Positions 36,597 to 46,445 of a DNA stretch of 64,000 nucleotides are shown one piece after another. The stretch covers positions 90,955-154,954 of the forward strand of contig JAKLII010000002.1 of NCBI GenBank assembly GCA_022709695.1, given 5' to 3'. The position numbers and the translations under genes are program-made. Under the pieces are notes generated by a model. The model had not been told where the DNA came from. It ran no database searches and worked only from the letters and a program-made list of their open reading frames with translations. The stretch's first letter is position 1; every line of letters starts with the position of its first letter. Source of the DNA: Bacteroidota bacterium (GTDB lineage: Bacteria; Bacteroidota; Bacteroidia; Bacteroidales; SKPS01).

Positions 36597-36628
36597 TTTG
36601 CTTGGATGAAAAAGTGTTACTATTTTTG
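36597..36628 (+). promoter_or_regulatory. Bacteroidota-type promoter for rplM-rpsI: TTTG (36597-36600), 20-nt spacer, TATTTTTG (36621-36628)
   Basis: Both elements are at canonical spacing, 48 nt upstream of the rplM ATG. Confidence 0.55.
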
Positions 36629-36675
36629 CAGCCCCAAATTCCCCAGTGGGAAAATAAGAGACAAAAACGAGCAAG

Positions 36676-37131
36676 ATGAACACATTGAGTTACAAAACGA
36701 AGTCGGCGAACCAGTCGATGGTTGAAAAGGAGTGGTTGCTTATCGACGGAACCGATCAGGTGGTTGGGCGGCTGGCATCGAAGATTGCGCTGGTATTGCG
36801 TGGAAAACACAAGCCTTATTACACGCCTCACGTGGATTGCGGAGACAATGTAGTGGTTATCAATGCCGACAAGGTAATTTTTACCGGCAATAAGCTTACC
36901 GACAAAGAATACGTAAGATACAGCGGTTATCCGGGAGGACAGCGCACCAGGACTGCAGAGGAGATGTTCACCAAATTTCCCGAGCGTGTGCTTGAGAACG
37001 CGGTGAAGGGTATGCTGCCCAAGAACCGGTTGGGAGCGGATTTGTTCCGTAACCTTTATGTATATGCAGGTCCTGAGCACAAGCAGCAGGGACAACAGCC
37101 GAAGGTGTTTAATATCAATGAAATAAAATAA
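36676..37131 (+). CDS. rplM: 50S ribosomal protein L13
   Basis: KEWLLIDGTDQVVGRLASKIALVLRGKHKPYYTPHVDCGDNVVVINADKV is canonical L13. Confidence 0.95.
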   Translation: MNTLSYKTKSANQSMVEKEWLLIDGTDQVVGRLASKIALVLRGKHKPYYTPHVDCGDNVVVINADKVIFTGNKLTDKEYVRYSGYPGGQRTRTAEEMFTKFPERVLENAVKGMLPKNRLGADLFRNLYVYAGPEHKQQGQQPKVFNINEIK

Positions 37132-37134
37132 GAG

Positions 37135-37521
37135 ATGGAAGTTATCAATACTTCAGGAAGAAGGAAGACTGCTGTTGCGAGAGTTTATCTGAAGCCGGGC
37201 AACGGTTCTATCACGGTAAACCGCAAGGATTACAAGGCCTATTTTACCACCGAGATGTTGCATTACACCATTGAACAGCCTTTCAAGCTCACCAACAATG
37301 AAGGCAAGTTTGACGTTTTGGTGAACGTAAAGGGAGGTGGATTCAAAGGGCAGGCAGAAGCAGTTCGTCTTGCCATTTCGAAGGCACTTACCGAGGTTGA
37401 TCAGGAGAACAGGCCCATGTTGAAACCCGAAGGGCTGCTCAGGAGGGATCCCAGAATGGTTGAGCGTAAAAAACCGGGTCAGAAAAAGGCCAGGAAACGC
37501 TTCCAGTTCAGCAAACGATAA
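37135..37521 (+). CDS. rpsI: 30S ribosomal protein S9
   Basis: GRRKTAVARVYLKPGNGSITVN ... GGGFKGQAEAVRLAISKAL ... RDPRMVERKKPGQKKARKRFQFSKR. Confidence 0.95.
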   Translation: MEVINTSGRRKTAVARVYLKPGNGSITVNRKDYKAYFTTEMLHYTIEQPFKLTNNEGKFDVLVNVKGGGFKGQAEAVRLAISKALTEVDQENRPMLKPEGLLRRDPRMVERKKPGQKKARKRFQFSKR

Positions 37522-37617
37522 TCATTACAGATATTGTTTAGTATCCAAATCGCTGAGACTCCTGCGGAAGGGCTACTCAGTGATTGTCTTTAGTGAAAGT
37601 AAACAAACCAACAACCC

Positions 37618-38445
37618 ATGGAAAACAGAACCACATTTGAAGCGCTACTTGATGCCGGCGTACACTTCGGGCATCTCAAGAGGAAATGGAACCCGAACAT
37701 GGCTCCCTACATTTTTATGGAGCGTAACGGTATCCACATCATCGACCTGCACAAAACCATGGCAAAGCTGGATGAAGCAGCTGCTGCCATGCGTCAGATT
37801 TCGAAATCGGGGAAAAGGGTACTTTTCGTTGCCACCAAAAAGCAGGCTAAGGAAATTGTTGCCGAGCGGGTAAAGAAGGTAAGCATGCCTTATGTTACTG
37901 AGCGCTGGCCGGGTGGTATGCTCACCAACTTTGCCACCATTCGCAAAGCGGTTAGGAAAATGACCTCGATCGACAAGCTGATGATCGACAAATCATGGAA
38001 CAACATCTCCAAACGCGAGCGGCTTCAGATCACCCGTGAAAGGGCCAAGCTTGAGAAGAACCTTGGCAGTATTTCTGATCTGAACAGGTTGCCGTCGGCT
38101 ATTTTTATCGTTGATATCATCAAAGAACACATTGCACTGGCAGAAGCCCGCAAGCTGGGAATTCCCACTTTTGCCATTGTTGACACCAATTCAGATCCCA
38201 ACCAGGTGGATTTCCCCATTCCGGCCAATGATGATGCGGCAAAATCCATTGCACTGATTATTGACGTGATGGTGCAGGCGATAGAGGAAGGGGTGGCAGA
38301 GCGTAAGTTCAGCAGTGACCGGGGCATGGATGATGATCAGACGGATGAAATGGATGATATGCTGGATGATGAAGTGATCGAAGAGCATGAGGATTTCGGT
38401 GGCGATGAGGAAGAGAGTACCGATGAAACCACCGTTGAAGAGTAG
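37618..38445 (+). CDS. rpsB: 30S ribosomal protein S2 (with an acidic C-terminal extension)
   Basis: LLDAGVHFGHLKRKWNPNMAPYIF, VLFVATKKQA and IVDTNSDP. The tail is DDDQTDEMDDMLDDEVIEEHEDFGGDEEESTDETTVEE. Confidence 0.95.
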   Translation: MENRTTFEALLDAGVHFGHLKRKWNPNMAPYIFMERNGIHIIDLHKTMAKLDEAAAAMRQISKSGKRVLFVATKKQAKEIVAERVKKVSMPYVTERWPGGMLTNFATIRKAVRKMTSIDKLMIDKSWNNISKRERLQITRERAKLEKNLGSISDLNRLPSAIFIVDIIKEHIALAEARKLGIPTFAIVDTNSDPNQVDFPIPANDDAAKSIALIIDVMVQAIEEGVAERKFSSDRGMDDDQTDEMDDMLDDEVIEEHEDFGGDEEESTDETTVEE

Positions 38446-38480
38446 GAAGTTTCAAATTTAAATTTCAGGAGATTATATAC

Positions 38481-39317
38481 ATGGCAAATATAACTGCAGC
38501 CGATATCAATAAATTACGGCAGATGACAGGAGCTGGCATGATGGATTGCAAAGCAGCTCTGATTGAGAACAATGGTGATTTCCAGCAGGCCATCGACTGG
38601 CTCAGAAAAAAAGGGCAGAAAGTGGCAGAGAAGCGTGCTGACCGTCAAGCGAACGAAGGGTTTATTTTTGCAAAAACAAGTGATGACCACACCTTTGGCG
38701 TGATCGTTATGCTGAATTGCGAAACCGATTTCGTGGCCAAGAACGACGATTTCAAAGCGCTGGGAATGAAAGCAGCTGAAGTGGCGCTGCAAAAGAAACC
38801 CGCAACACTCAACGAATTCATGGCACTTGATCTTGAAGGAAGATCGATCGCGGATCACATTGACGAACAAGTAGGCAAGATTGGTGAAAAAATCGGCTTC
38901 AATGCATATCATTGCATTTCAGCTCCCTCGGTATTTGCCTACAACCATCATGGAAACAGGATTGCTACCATCATCGGCCTGAATAAAGCCGGGATTGAAG
39001 GAATTGACGTACTTGGAAAAGAGGTTTGCATGCAGATTACTGCCATGAGCCCCATCGCCATCGACAAGGAAGATGTTGATGCTACCACCATCCAGCGTGA
39101 AATCGAAATCGGGATGGAACAAGCCAGGCTGGAAGGCAAGCCTGAGGCCATGCTTGAAAATATAGCCAAAGGGAAACTCAACAAATTCTTCAGAGAGCGC
39201 ACCCTGCTGAACCAGGAATTCATCAAGGACGGGAAGAAGACTGTTGCCCAGGTGATCTCAGAGGTTGACAAAGACCTGAAGGTTACCACCTTCCATCGTA
39301 TTGCACTGGGAGAATAA
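38481..39317 (+). CDS. tsf: Translation elongation factor Ts
   Basis: ITAADINKLRQMTGAGMMDCKAALIENNGDFQQAIDWLRKKG (UBA-like N-terminus), with the dimerisation core following. Confidence 0.95.
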   Translation: MANITAADINKLRQMTGAGMMDCKAALIENNGDFQQAIDWLRKKGQKVAEKRADRQANEGFIFAKTSDDHTFGVIVMLNCETDFVAKNDDFKALGMKAAEVALQKKPATLNEFMALDLEGRSIADHIDEQVGKIGEKIGFNAYHCISAPSVFAYNHHGNRIATIIGLNKAGIEGIDVLGKEVCMQITAMSPIAIDKEDVDATTIQREIEIGMEQARLEGKPEAMLENIAKGKLNKFFRERTLLNQEFIKDGKKTVAQVISEVDKDLKVTTFHRIALGE

Positions 39318-39336
39318 ATACCCGGAATATTCCGGT

Positions 39337-39373
39337 AAAAAAGAAGCCATCCTGCTGATGGCTTCTTTTTTTT
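39337..39373 (+). terminator. Rho-independent terminator after tsf
   Basis: GAAGCCATC (39343-39351) pairs with GATGGCTTC (39357-39365) across a 5-nt loop. The stem is extended by A/T pairs and followed by a T8 run. The palindrome CCGGAATATTCCGG (39322-39335) lies immediately upstream. Confidence 0.8.
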
Positions 39374-39402
39374 ATGCAATTTTACCATGAAAAAGATACA
39401 AC

Positions 39403-40110
39403 ATGAAATACCGGAAGATACTATTGAAACTTAGCGGTGAATCGCTAATGGGAGAACAGGGTTACGGAATTGATCCCATACGTCTGGAATATTATGCTGA
39501 TGAGATTGCCACTGCTGTGCAGGCAGGTTGCGAAACGGGGATCGTGATAGGAGGAGGGAATATTTTCAGGGGTTTGCAGGGGGCATCAGAAATCATGGAC
39601 CGTGTACAGGGCGATTACATGGGAATGCTGGCCACGCTGATCAACAGTGTGGCCCTGAGATCGGCTCTCGAATCCCGGTCGATTCCCACTTTACTGCTCA
39701 GTGGCCTTCCGGTGGATGGGATTGCTGCCAAAGCCACAAGACCTGCTGCCATGGAGGCTTTTAAAGCCGGAAAGGTGGTGATTTTTGCCGGAGGGACCGG
39801 GAATCCGTTTTTCACCACTGATACGGCGGCAGCCCTCAGGGCAGCCGAAGCACATGCAGAAGTTCTGCTGAAAGGCACACGGGTGGATGGGGTCTATACT
39901 GATGACCCTGAAAAAAATCCTGCTGCGATAAAACTCACCCGGATTACCTTTAACGATGCGATCCAGAAAGGTTATAAAATACTGGACATCACTGCATTTA
40001 CCATGTGCCGTGAAAATCATATCCCCATTATCGTATTTGATATCCAGAAGCCAGGAAACCTTTTAAAAGAACTCCTTGGGGAGCAGACCGGGACACTCGT
40101 TTCTGATTAA
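39403..40110 (+). CDS. pyrH: UMP kinase
   Basis: YRKILLKLSGESLMGEQGYGID, GIVIGGGNIFRG and VIFAGGTGNPFFTTDTAAALRA. Confidence 0.95.
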   Translation: MKYRKILLKLSGESLMGEQGYGIDPIRLEYYADEIATAVQAGCETGIVIGGGNIFRGLQGASEIMDRVQGDYMGMLATLINSVALRSALESRSIPTLLLSGLPVDGIAAKATRPAAMEAFKAGKVVIFAGGTGNPFFTTDTAAALRAAEAHAEVLLKGTRVDGVYTDDPEKNPAAIKLTRITFNDAIQKGYKILDITAFTMCRENHIPIIVFDIQKPGNLLKELLGEQTGTLVSD

Positions 40111-40230
40111 CGATTGACAGATAGACCCTTAGCCAACTAACACCCCTTTGTTCAAAATATGAAATCTCAAGGGGGGCGATTTACATACTTATGTAGTAAT
40201 TTCGGCGTTAGAAAACAAATCTACTAAGCT

Positions 40231-40944
40231 ATGGGTATGTTGTTATTTGCAGTGATACAGGAAGTTGGTGCCGGAATGACTGCTCCGGTTCAGGACACCG
40301 TGCAGGAAGGCACCAAAAAGATGCTTTCGATGTGGGAACTGATACAGTATGGCGGCTGGGCATTCATGGGACCGCTTTTTCTTATGCTGGCATTGGCGGC
40401 GTTTATTCTCGTTGAGCGGTTCCTGACGATCAACAGGGCATCGAAAGAGGAGGGCCATTTCATGTTCAATATACGGGATCTGATTCATGACGGAAAGATT
40501 GAAGCGGCCCTGGCATTATGCCGGAAGAATGGAACCCCGATCAGCAGGATGGTGGAGAAGGGCATTAACCGGATTGGCAGGCCATTGAATGACATCAACG
40601 CAGCCATAGAAAATGTCGGGAAGCTGGAAGTATCCCGGCTGGAAAAGAACATTGCCACCCTTGCCACCATTTCGGGAAGTGCCCCGATGATAGGCTTTTT
40701 AGGGACGGTGGTTGGGATGGTAAAAGTATTTTTCAGGATCTCCAATGAAGGAAATCAGATCCGTGTCGACATCCTTTCTGAAGGGATGTACCAGGCTATG
40801 GTTACTACGGTTGCTGGTCTGATTGTAGGAATATTGGCATACATTTCCTATAATTTTCTGGTTGCCCGGATCGAAAAGGTGGTGTACATCATGGAGGCAC
40901 GTGCCACAGAGTTTATGGATCTGTTACACGAACCGGCTGTATAA
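40231..40944 (+). CDS. exbB: MotA/TolQ/ExbB proton-channel protein
   Basis: 237 aa with three TM segments. The ExbB signature region is LATISGSAPMIGFLGTVVGMVKVF ... QAMVTTVAGLIVGILAY. Confidence 0.85.
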   Translation: MGMLLFAVIQEVGAGMTAPVQDTVQEGTKKMLSMWELIQYGGWAFMGPLFLMLALAAFILVERFLTINRASKEEGHFMFNIRDLIHDGKIEAALALCRKNGTPISRMVEKGINRIGRPLNDINAAIENVGKLEVSRLEKNIATLATISGSAPMIGFLGTVVGMVKVFFRISNEGNQIRVDILSEGMYQAMVTTVAGLIVGILAYISYNFLVARIEKVVYIMEARATEFMDLLHEPAV

Positions 40945-40955
40945 AACAGTGACCT

Positions 40956-41381
40956 ATGGCAATCAAGACACGAAATAAGAGGGAAGTTTCGTTCAGCATG
41001 GCCTCCATGTCTGATCTGGTGTTTCTGCTGCTGATCTTTTTCATCCTGATATCCACCATGGTGAGTCCGAATGCCATTGATGTCAGCCTCCCCAGCAGCC
41101 AATCGAGGACGGTAAGTCCGAAAGGGCCGGTGGTTGCGGTGGATAAATTCAACAATTACTATTTTTCGAGCAATCCTGTTGACCTGAACACCTTGCAGAC
41201 CTTGCTGGGATCGGAACTGTTGAAATATTCCCCGGATGAACCGACCGGAATAGAGTTGCAGGCAGACAAAGAAGCTTCGGTACAAGCCATTGTAAATGTG
41301 TACAATCTTGTCAGCATCCTGAATACCGCAAACAACACCAAGCATAAAGTAATTCTCAAGACTGCTCCATCCCAGAAGTAA
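40956..41381 (+). CDS. exbD: ExbD/TolR biopolymer transport protein
   Basis: 141 aa. The N-terminal TM segment with the conserved Asp is MASMSDLVFLLLIFFIL. The periplasmic domain follows. Confidence 0.85.
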   Translation: MAIKTRNKREVSFSMASMSDLVFLLLIFFILISTMVSPNAIDVSLPSSQSRTVSPKGPVVAVDKFNNYYFSSNPVDLNTLQTLLGSELLKYSPDEPTGIELQADKEASVQAIVNVYNLVSILNTANNTKHKVILKTAPSQK

Positions 41382-41481
41382 AGGGGCAGAAAAGCAGATT
41401 TTGATGAAACTTTTCTATTTTAGAGGTGTATACCAAAATATATAAGACCACAGTAATCAGATTCCCAAATATGGCAGCATC

Positions 41482-42252
41482 ATGGACCGAGAGGCAATCA
41501 TAAGCAGGAACGACCGGATCAAAGGTATGATTGCAGCCATATTGGTGCTGTTGCTGGTATTTATGCTGAGTCTTTTCTTTGGGTTTCAATACCCGGATCC
41601 ACCGATTCCGGATGAGGGCGTGGAGATTGAGATGGGCGGAAGCGGCAGCAGCGGCGGGATTGAGGGGCAGAACACGTTGCCTGAAACGGAACCGGTCAGC
41701 CGACCCAATCCTGAACAAGGTGAGCGCACCTATGTAACGGATAACCGTCCTGATAACCCGCCTGCACCTGTAGCCTCACCCACGGTGAAGCTTACGCAGA
41801 CCGCTCCGGTTACACAGCCTGAAACGCCAAAACAAAAGGTTAACCCCAATGCCCTGTTTACCAAAAAGGGGACATCAGGATCCGGTGGCAGTGGAAGCAG
41901 CAGTGGAAGCGGGAAGGGCAGCGGAACCGGAACCAAGCCTGGTGACGGAACCGGAACGGGAAAAGGCAGCGGAACTGGTCCGAGTTTCAGCCTGACAGGC
42001 CGAACCCACAAGGAGTTGCCCCTACCCTCCTATAATTCAGACCGGCAGGGGAAAATCGTGATTGATGTAAATGTTGACCAGCAGGGCAATGTGGTTGATG
42101 CACAGTATAACTCGCGGTTATCTACCACTTCAGATCTTCAGTTAAAAGCCGCCGCCATTGAAGCAGCCAAAAGAAGCCGGTTTTCAGTGAATCTCGATGC
42201 TCCTGTTGTTCAAAGGGGTATGATTACCTATACCTTTATCAAACTGAATTAG
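41482..42252 (+). CDS. TonB-family energy transducer
   Basis: N-terminal TM segment (IAAILVLLLVFMLSLFF). A P-rich then G/S-rich linker (SGSGGSGSSSGSGKGSGTGTKPGDGTGTGKGSGTG). A C-terminal TonB fold (QGKIVIDVNVDQQGNVVDAQ...AAIEAAKRSRF). Confidence 0.75.
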   Translation: MDREAIISRNDRIKGMIAAILVLLLVFMLSLFFGFQYPDPPIPDEGVEIEMGGSGSSGGIEGQNTLPETEPVSRPNPEQGERTYVTDNRPDNPPAPVASPTVKLTQTAPVTQPETPKQKVNPNALFTKKGTSGSGGSGSSSGSGKGSGTGTKPGDGTGTGKGSGTGPSFSLTGRTHKELPLPSYNSDRQGKIVIDVNVDQQGNVVDAQYNSRLSTTSDLQLKAAAIEAAKRSRFSVNLDAPVVQRGMITYTFIKLN

Positions 42253-42382
42253 CCTTTCCTGTGACCGGTGACAATCCTTTATTTGGTGCCGCAGCAGGCT
42301 TCAGGGCACGCCATTTAAGGTGTTTCACAATAACCGTCGGTTGTCAAACGTTCAGTTTTCCGGAGTGAATGGGTCTGTTGCC

Positions 42383-43678
42383 ATGAATTACGAAGAAACG
42401 CTGCAGTATTTATATGACCGGTTGCCCATGTTTCAACGCATCGGGGCAGCTGCCTATAAAGCGAATCTTGACAATACCCTTCGGTTGGTGGATTTTCTCG
42501 GTAATCCTCAGAAGAAATTACGATTCATCCATATTGCAGGCACCAATGGCAAAGGTTCCGTTTCGCATATGCTGGCAGCGATTCTGCAGTCGCAGGGGCT
42601 CCGGACCGGTCTGTTTACCTCTCCCCATCTGAAAGATTTCAGGGAACGTATCAAAGTTGACGGGAAGATGGTGCCCAGAAGCTGGGTAACCTGGTTTGTT
42701 CAGTATTTCAAAAAGGATTTCGAGCAGTTGCAACCCTCCTTTTTCGAAATGTCGTTCGGGATGGCGATGCGGTACTTCAAAGAACAGAACTGTGATATTG
42801 TGGTGCTTGAGACGGGAATGGGGGGAAGGCTGGATTCTACGAATATTGTGCATCCGGTGGTATCGGTGATCACGAACATCAGTTTTGATCACAGGGAGTT
42901 TCTGGGAGACTCCCTGGAAATGATTGCCGCAGAAAAAGCGGGCATTATCAAGGAGCACATACCGGTTGTAATTGGCAGGCATCATCCCGATACTGACGAA
43001 ATATTCAGCTACAAGGCAGAACTGGAAGAATCGCGTATCACCTATGCACAGGATGTATTCGAGGTTGTTCAGGCAGGTATGGCAGGTTCGGTACGTGGCA
43101 AGCTGATGCTGGATATTCACAGGATGGGGAGACCCTACCTGCGGGAGCTCAAATGCCCCTTAACCGGATCGTACCAGAAGGAGAATATCCTTACGGTTCT
43201 GGCAGCGGTTGAAGAGTTGATCGCAGCAGGGTATGATATCCGCAAAAACCATATTATCAAGGGAATCAATGATGTGATCAAGCTTACCGGTTTGATGGGG
43301 AGGTACCAGATTCTGGGATCCAATCCATTGAGGATATGTGATACAGCACACAACCCCGATGGGCTGAAAATGGTCATGGAACAGCTGAAGGGTGAAACAT
43401 ACAGGAAACTGCACTTTGTGCTGGGTGTGGTTTCTGACAAAGATCTCAAAGGGATCCTGAAACTTTTCCCACAGGATGCAGTCTACTATTTCTGCAAGGC
43501 CAACATACCGCGGGGACTGGATGCAGGCATCCTCCGTGACCAGGCAGCAGGCTACGGGCTTCGGGGGAATGTTTATGCCTCTGTCAATGAAGCGTATAAG
43601 GCAGCCTGCAGTGCAGCAGGAGCAGATGACCTTGTATTTACGGGAGGTTCAACGTTTACCGTTGCTGAAGTGTTGTAA
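42383..43678 (+). CDS. folC: Bifunctional folylpolyglutamate synthase / dihydrofolate synthase
   Basis: I set the start at ATG 42383 (MNYEETLQYLY); the ORF track opens at GTG 42320. It has the P-loop IHIAGTNGKGSV and the Mur-ligase blocks VLETGMGGRLDSTN and ISFDH. Confidence 0.9.
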   Translation: MNYEETLQYLYDRLPMFQRIGAAAYKANLDNTLRLVDFLGNPQKKLRFIHIAGTNGKGSVSHMLAAILQSQGLRTGLFTSPHLKDFRERIKVDGKMVPRSWVTWFVQYFKKDFEQLQPSFFEMSFGMAMRYFKEQNCDIVVLETGMGGRLDSTNIVHPVVSVITNISFDHREFLGDSLEMIAAEKAGIIKEHIPVVIGRHHPDTDEIFSYKAELEESRITYAQDVFEVVQAGMAGSVRGKLMLDIHRMGRPYLRELKCPLTGSYQKENILTVLAAVEELIAAGYDIRKNHIIKGINDVIKLTGLMGRYQILGSNPLRICDTAHNPDGLKMVMEQLKGETYRKLHFVLGVVSDKDLKGILKLFPQDAVYYFCKANIPRGLDAGILRDQAAGYGLRGNVYASVNEAYKAACSAAGADDLVFTGGSTFTVAEVL

Positions 43679-45020
43679 CCCTTTCCACTGCGATAAGGCG
43701 GTCATAAAGTTCAGAGGGTAATTTCTGATACACATAAACGGTATAAAAGTTTTCCGTTTCTGAATGGTCGCCTTCGGTCAGTACCGTTTCAAACCGTGTA
43801 CCGGCGGAGTCCAGCATCACATAATGGTAATTGTAATAGCCCTGTTTAAGATAGAGTGAAGCCTCATAGGAATTTCGTTCTTCACTGTAAACCAGCCTGG
43901 CTTCAGGTGTGAGTTGCCAGTTCGTAAAAGCACCGAGCAGGTACATATCACGATGGCCAAAGGATGACTGGAAAGGGAAGGTGAAATGTACCCAGGCATA
44001 ATCTTCCTCATTACCAGCGGTTGAATGGGCATCATCGTTCCGGATAATGAACTCACCGTTCAGGTCTTTTTCGGATTGATACACCTGAAAACCCCTTTTA
44101 AAATCGGGTTTGAGAAACACATGATGGAAGGCGGAATCCTGGGTGATAAAAGCGACGCGGGGAGTTACTTTCGAGAGTGTGCGAATATCGAAATAGCGGA
44201 ACTCATTGCCTCCGTTAAAGGTATTCACCTTTTCCCAGTTATAGGAGATTGTATTGCCGGTAACCAGACGAGGCTGCAGCCCCTCCACCCTATTATCAAG
44301 CCGCCCGTTCTGGGCAATAAAGATTTTCAGTTCCTGGTATGGGTTTTCGACAGGCCAGCTGCTTTTTACCAGATCCACATCCACTTCCTGTTTATACCCT
44401 GCCTCTTCTATATCAGATGATTTCCGTACCGATATTTTCAGGGATGCCCGGTTTTCGGTAACCATAAACCGACGGGTCAGAATCAACTGGTTTTGTTGGG
44501 CGGGGTCGTAAATTACAAGGAGATAATTTCCTGATTTACTGATTTTTACCTCTTCGTTGGGAATCAAAAGGGTATAATGCACATAGGCCTGCCGGGTAGC
44601 CCTTGAGAGAAGATACTGATTCAAAAAGCCTTCTGTATAGGGGGAGAGGTATTCGGATTGCAGGAGATCGGAGGGATTCCATGAGGCATCGCAATGGATG
44701 AGGGTATATCTGAACTGTCGGGGTAATCCGTTGAGCTCATCAAAAGAGATTTCGAGTTGCCCGGATTTATCCAGCTCCAGCAATGGCAGCGAAAACTCCA
44801 CTCCAGTGCGTTGCATCTTCACGGATGTAATGGCAGGTGTATAGGCATGGTCGAGGGTTGAAAACCGTACAGGATTGAACCATGAGAAACCACTGAGAGA
44901 GGAATAGGCAGGGGTTGTGAGGATTTTCCCGGTTGCATCCGCGCTTTGGGGTGTGCGGCATGAATACAGGAGCAGCACGGTTGCAAACAGAAAAATCAGG
45001 GATGAACAGGTTTTTTTCAT
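43656..45020 (-). CDS. Exported protein with a CBM48/early-set-like C-terminal domain (I recall this architecture annotated DUF5103 / T9SS plug-protein-like; unverified)
   Basis: 454 aa with a signal peptide and a possible lipobox (LLYSC). The C-terminal WVHFTFPF...MYLLGAFTNWQ...YEASLYLKQGYYNYHYV resembles AMPK-beta/CBM48 modules. The 3' end overlaps the folC 3' end by 23 nt (convergent genes). Confidence 0.45.
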   Translation of the reverse strand: MKKTCSSLIFLFATVLLLYSCRTPQSADATGKILTTPAYSSLSGFSWFNPVRFSTLDHAYTPAITSVKMQRTGVEFSLPLLELDKSGQLEISFDELNGLPRQFRYTLIHCDASWNPSDLLQSEYLSPYTEGFLNQYLLSRATRQAYVHYTLLIPNEEVKISKSGNYLLVIYDPAQQNQLILTRRFMVTENRASLKISVRKSSDIEEAGYKQEVDVDLVKSSWPVENPYQELKIFIAQNGRLDNRVEGLQPRLVTGNTISYNWEKVNTFNGGNEFRYFDIRTLSKVTPRVAFITQDSAFHHVFLKPDFKRGFQVYQSEKDLNGEFIIRNDDAHSTAGNEEDYAWVHFTFPFQSSFGHRDMYLLGAFTNWQLTPEARLVYSEERNSYEASLYLKQGYYNYHYVMLDSAGTRFETVLTEGDHSETENFYTVYVYQKLPSELYDRLIAVERVTTLQQR

Positions 45021-45152
45021 GGGGGTTGTTTGATCCGAAGCGGCAAAGGTAAAAGAAAGAGATCAGGGGAACACATGTTCAACCAAATTAAAAAATTCGC
45101 AAGTTTGCAGTAGCAAGGAACATGATGCATGGTACGGTAAATAATAGATGGT

Positions 45153-46433
45153 ATGAGCAATTTTATGCTTATTGTTTTAGTGCTGATAACGGGAGTACTG
45201 ACCGCCGGCACACAAACTTTTGATCAATATTTTCACCGTAAGACCCTGCGGTATGACTACATCCATTCAGGCACCCGGAACAAGGAACAGATTAAACCCG
45301 GAAAACTGATTTCAGAGCCCTACTGGGGCGGATCCCTGACCCAACTGATTGATACATTTGGTTTTGGCAGATACCATTTTAATCTGAGGGATGCAAAATC
45401 AGGTACGCTGATTTATTCCAGAGGGTTCAGCACCCTGTTTGTGGAGTGGCAGGACACGGAGGAGGCTAAAACAAAACGGAAAGGATTCAGGGAATCCATT
45501 GTGATGCCCTTTCCGAAGGATGATGCGGTTCTGGAAATTTACCGGAGAGACAAGAAGAATGTACTCCATCTGATTTTCAGTGACAAGATACACCCTGGCA
45601 AGGAAAAAATCATGACCCGGGGAGTCCCTTCCTGGGAAAAGCGGGATATTGCCGTGCATGGTGATCCGGCAGAGAAACTTGACATTGTATTTCTGGCAGA
45701 GGGATACACTGCAGATGATATGCACCTTTTCTGGGATGATTGCCGGAAATTTGCAGGGTATTTAACAGGGGCAGCACCGTATGGTGAGGTCAGTGAAAGT
45801 ATCAATTTCAGGGGGGTCGGCGTTATTTCAGACGAATCGGGAGTGTCTTTGCCGGGTGAAAAGATCTTCAGAAAAACAGGGCTGGGAGCATCATTTAGCA
45901 CCTTTGGATCAGAGCGTTACCTGATGGCAGAGGACTTTCAGCGTGTGAGGGATGCCGCAGGGCTGGTACCCTATGATCAGATTTTTATTATTGTAAATTC
46001 TGACAAATACGGGGGTGGTGGCATATATAATTTTTACGCTACGGGGACCCGTGGCAACAAGGAGGCTGGGTTCCTCCTGATCCATGAGTTTGGGCATTCC
46101 TTTGCAGGCCTGGCAGATGAATATTACACCTCGGAGGTTGCGGTGGATGCTTTTTACGATCTGCAGACTGAGCCCTGGGAGCCAAATATCACCACACTGA
46201 TTGATTTTGAACGAAAATGGAAAGGGATGTTGTTACCCGGCACACCGGTCCCCACACCTGCGATACCTGCCAATGAACAGACTATCGGGGTATTCGAGGG
46301 TGCGGGGTATTCTGCCAGGGGCATTTATCGTCCCTATCAGGAGTGCACGATGAAATCGGTACGTTATGATGCCTTTTGCCCGGTATGCCGACGGGCGATT
46401 CTTCAGATGATTCGTTTTTACAGTACACCCTGA
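45153..46433 (+). CDS. M64-family (IgA-peptidase-like) zinc metallopeptidase
   Basis: 426 aa with a signal peptide. N-terminal M64 domain (LRYDYIHSG). Zincin site LIHEFGHSFAGLADEY. Confidence 0.8.
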   Translation: MSNFMLIVLVLITGVLTAGTQTFDQYFHRKTLRYDYIHSGTRNKEQIKPGKLISEPYWGGSLTQLIDTFGFGRYHFNLRDAKSGTLIYSRGFSTLFVEWQDTEEAKTKRKGFRESIVMPFPKDDAVLEIYRRDKKNVLHLIFSDKIHPGKEKIMTRGVPSWEKRDIAVHGDPAEKLDIVFLAEGYTADDMHLFWDDCRKFAGYLTGAAPYGEVSESINFRGVGVISDESGVSLPGEKIFRKTGLGASFSTFGSERYLMAEDFQRVRDAAGLVPYDQIFIIVNSDKYGGGGIYNFYATGTRGNKEAGFLLIHEFGHSFAGLADEYYTSEVAVDAFYDLQTEPWEPNITTLIDFERKWKGMLLPGTPVPTPAIPANEQTIGVFEGAGYSARGIYRPYQECTMKSVRYDAFCPVCRRAILQMIRFYSTP

Positions 46434-46445
46434 TGTTCAGTTTCG

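Noticed and set aside
36526-37095. 189-aa ORF antisense to rplM
   Set aside because: The plus strand encodes an unmistakable L13. This is a shadow ORF.
38948-39388. 146-aa ORF antisense to tsf, plus similar antisense ORFs in rpsB, pyrH, exbB/exbD and folC (38025-43449)
   Set aside because: All are nested in genes with strong conserved motifs on the plus strand, and none has independent signals.
40111-40230. Intergenic region after pyrH, checked for a missing frr gene or a small RNA
   Set aside because: At 120 nt it is too short for frr. I saw no convincing hairpin, promoter box or conserved RNA motif. The absence of frr next to pyrH is just a gene-order difference.
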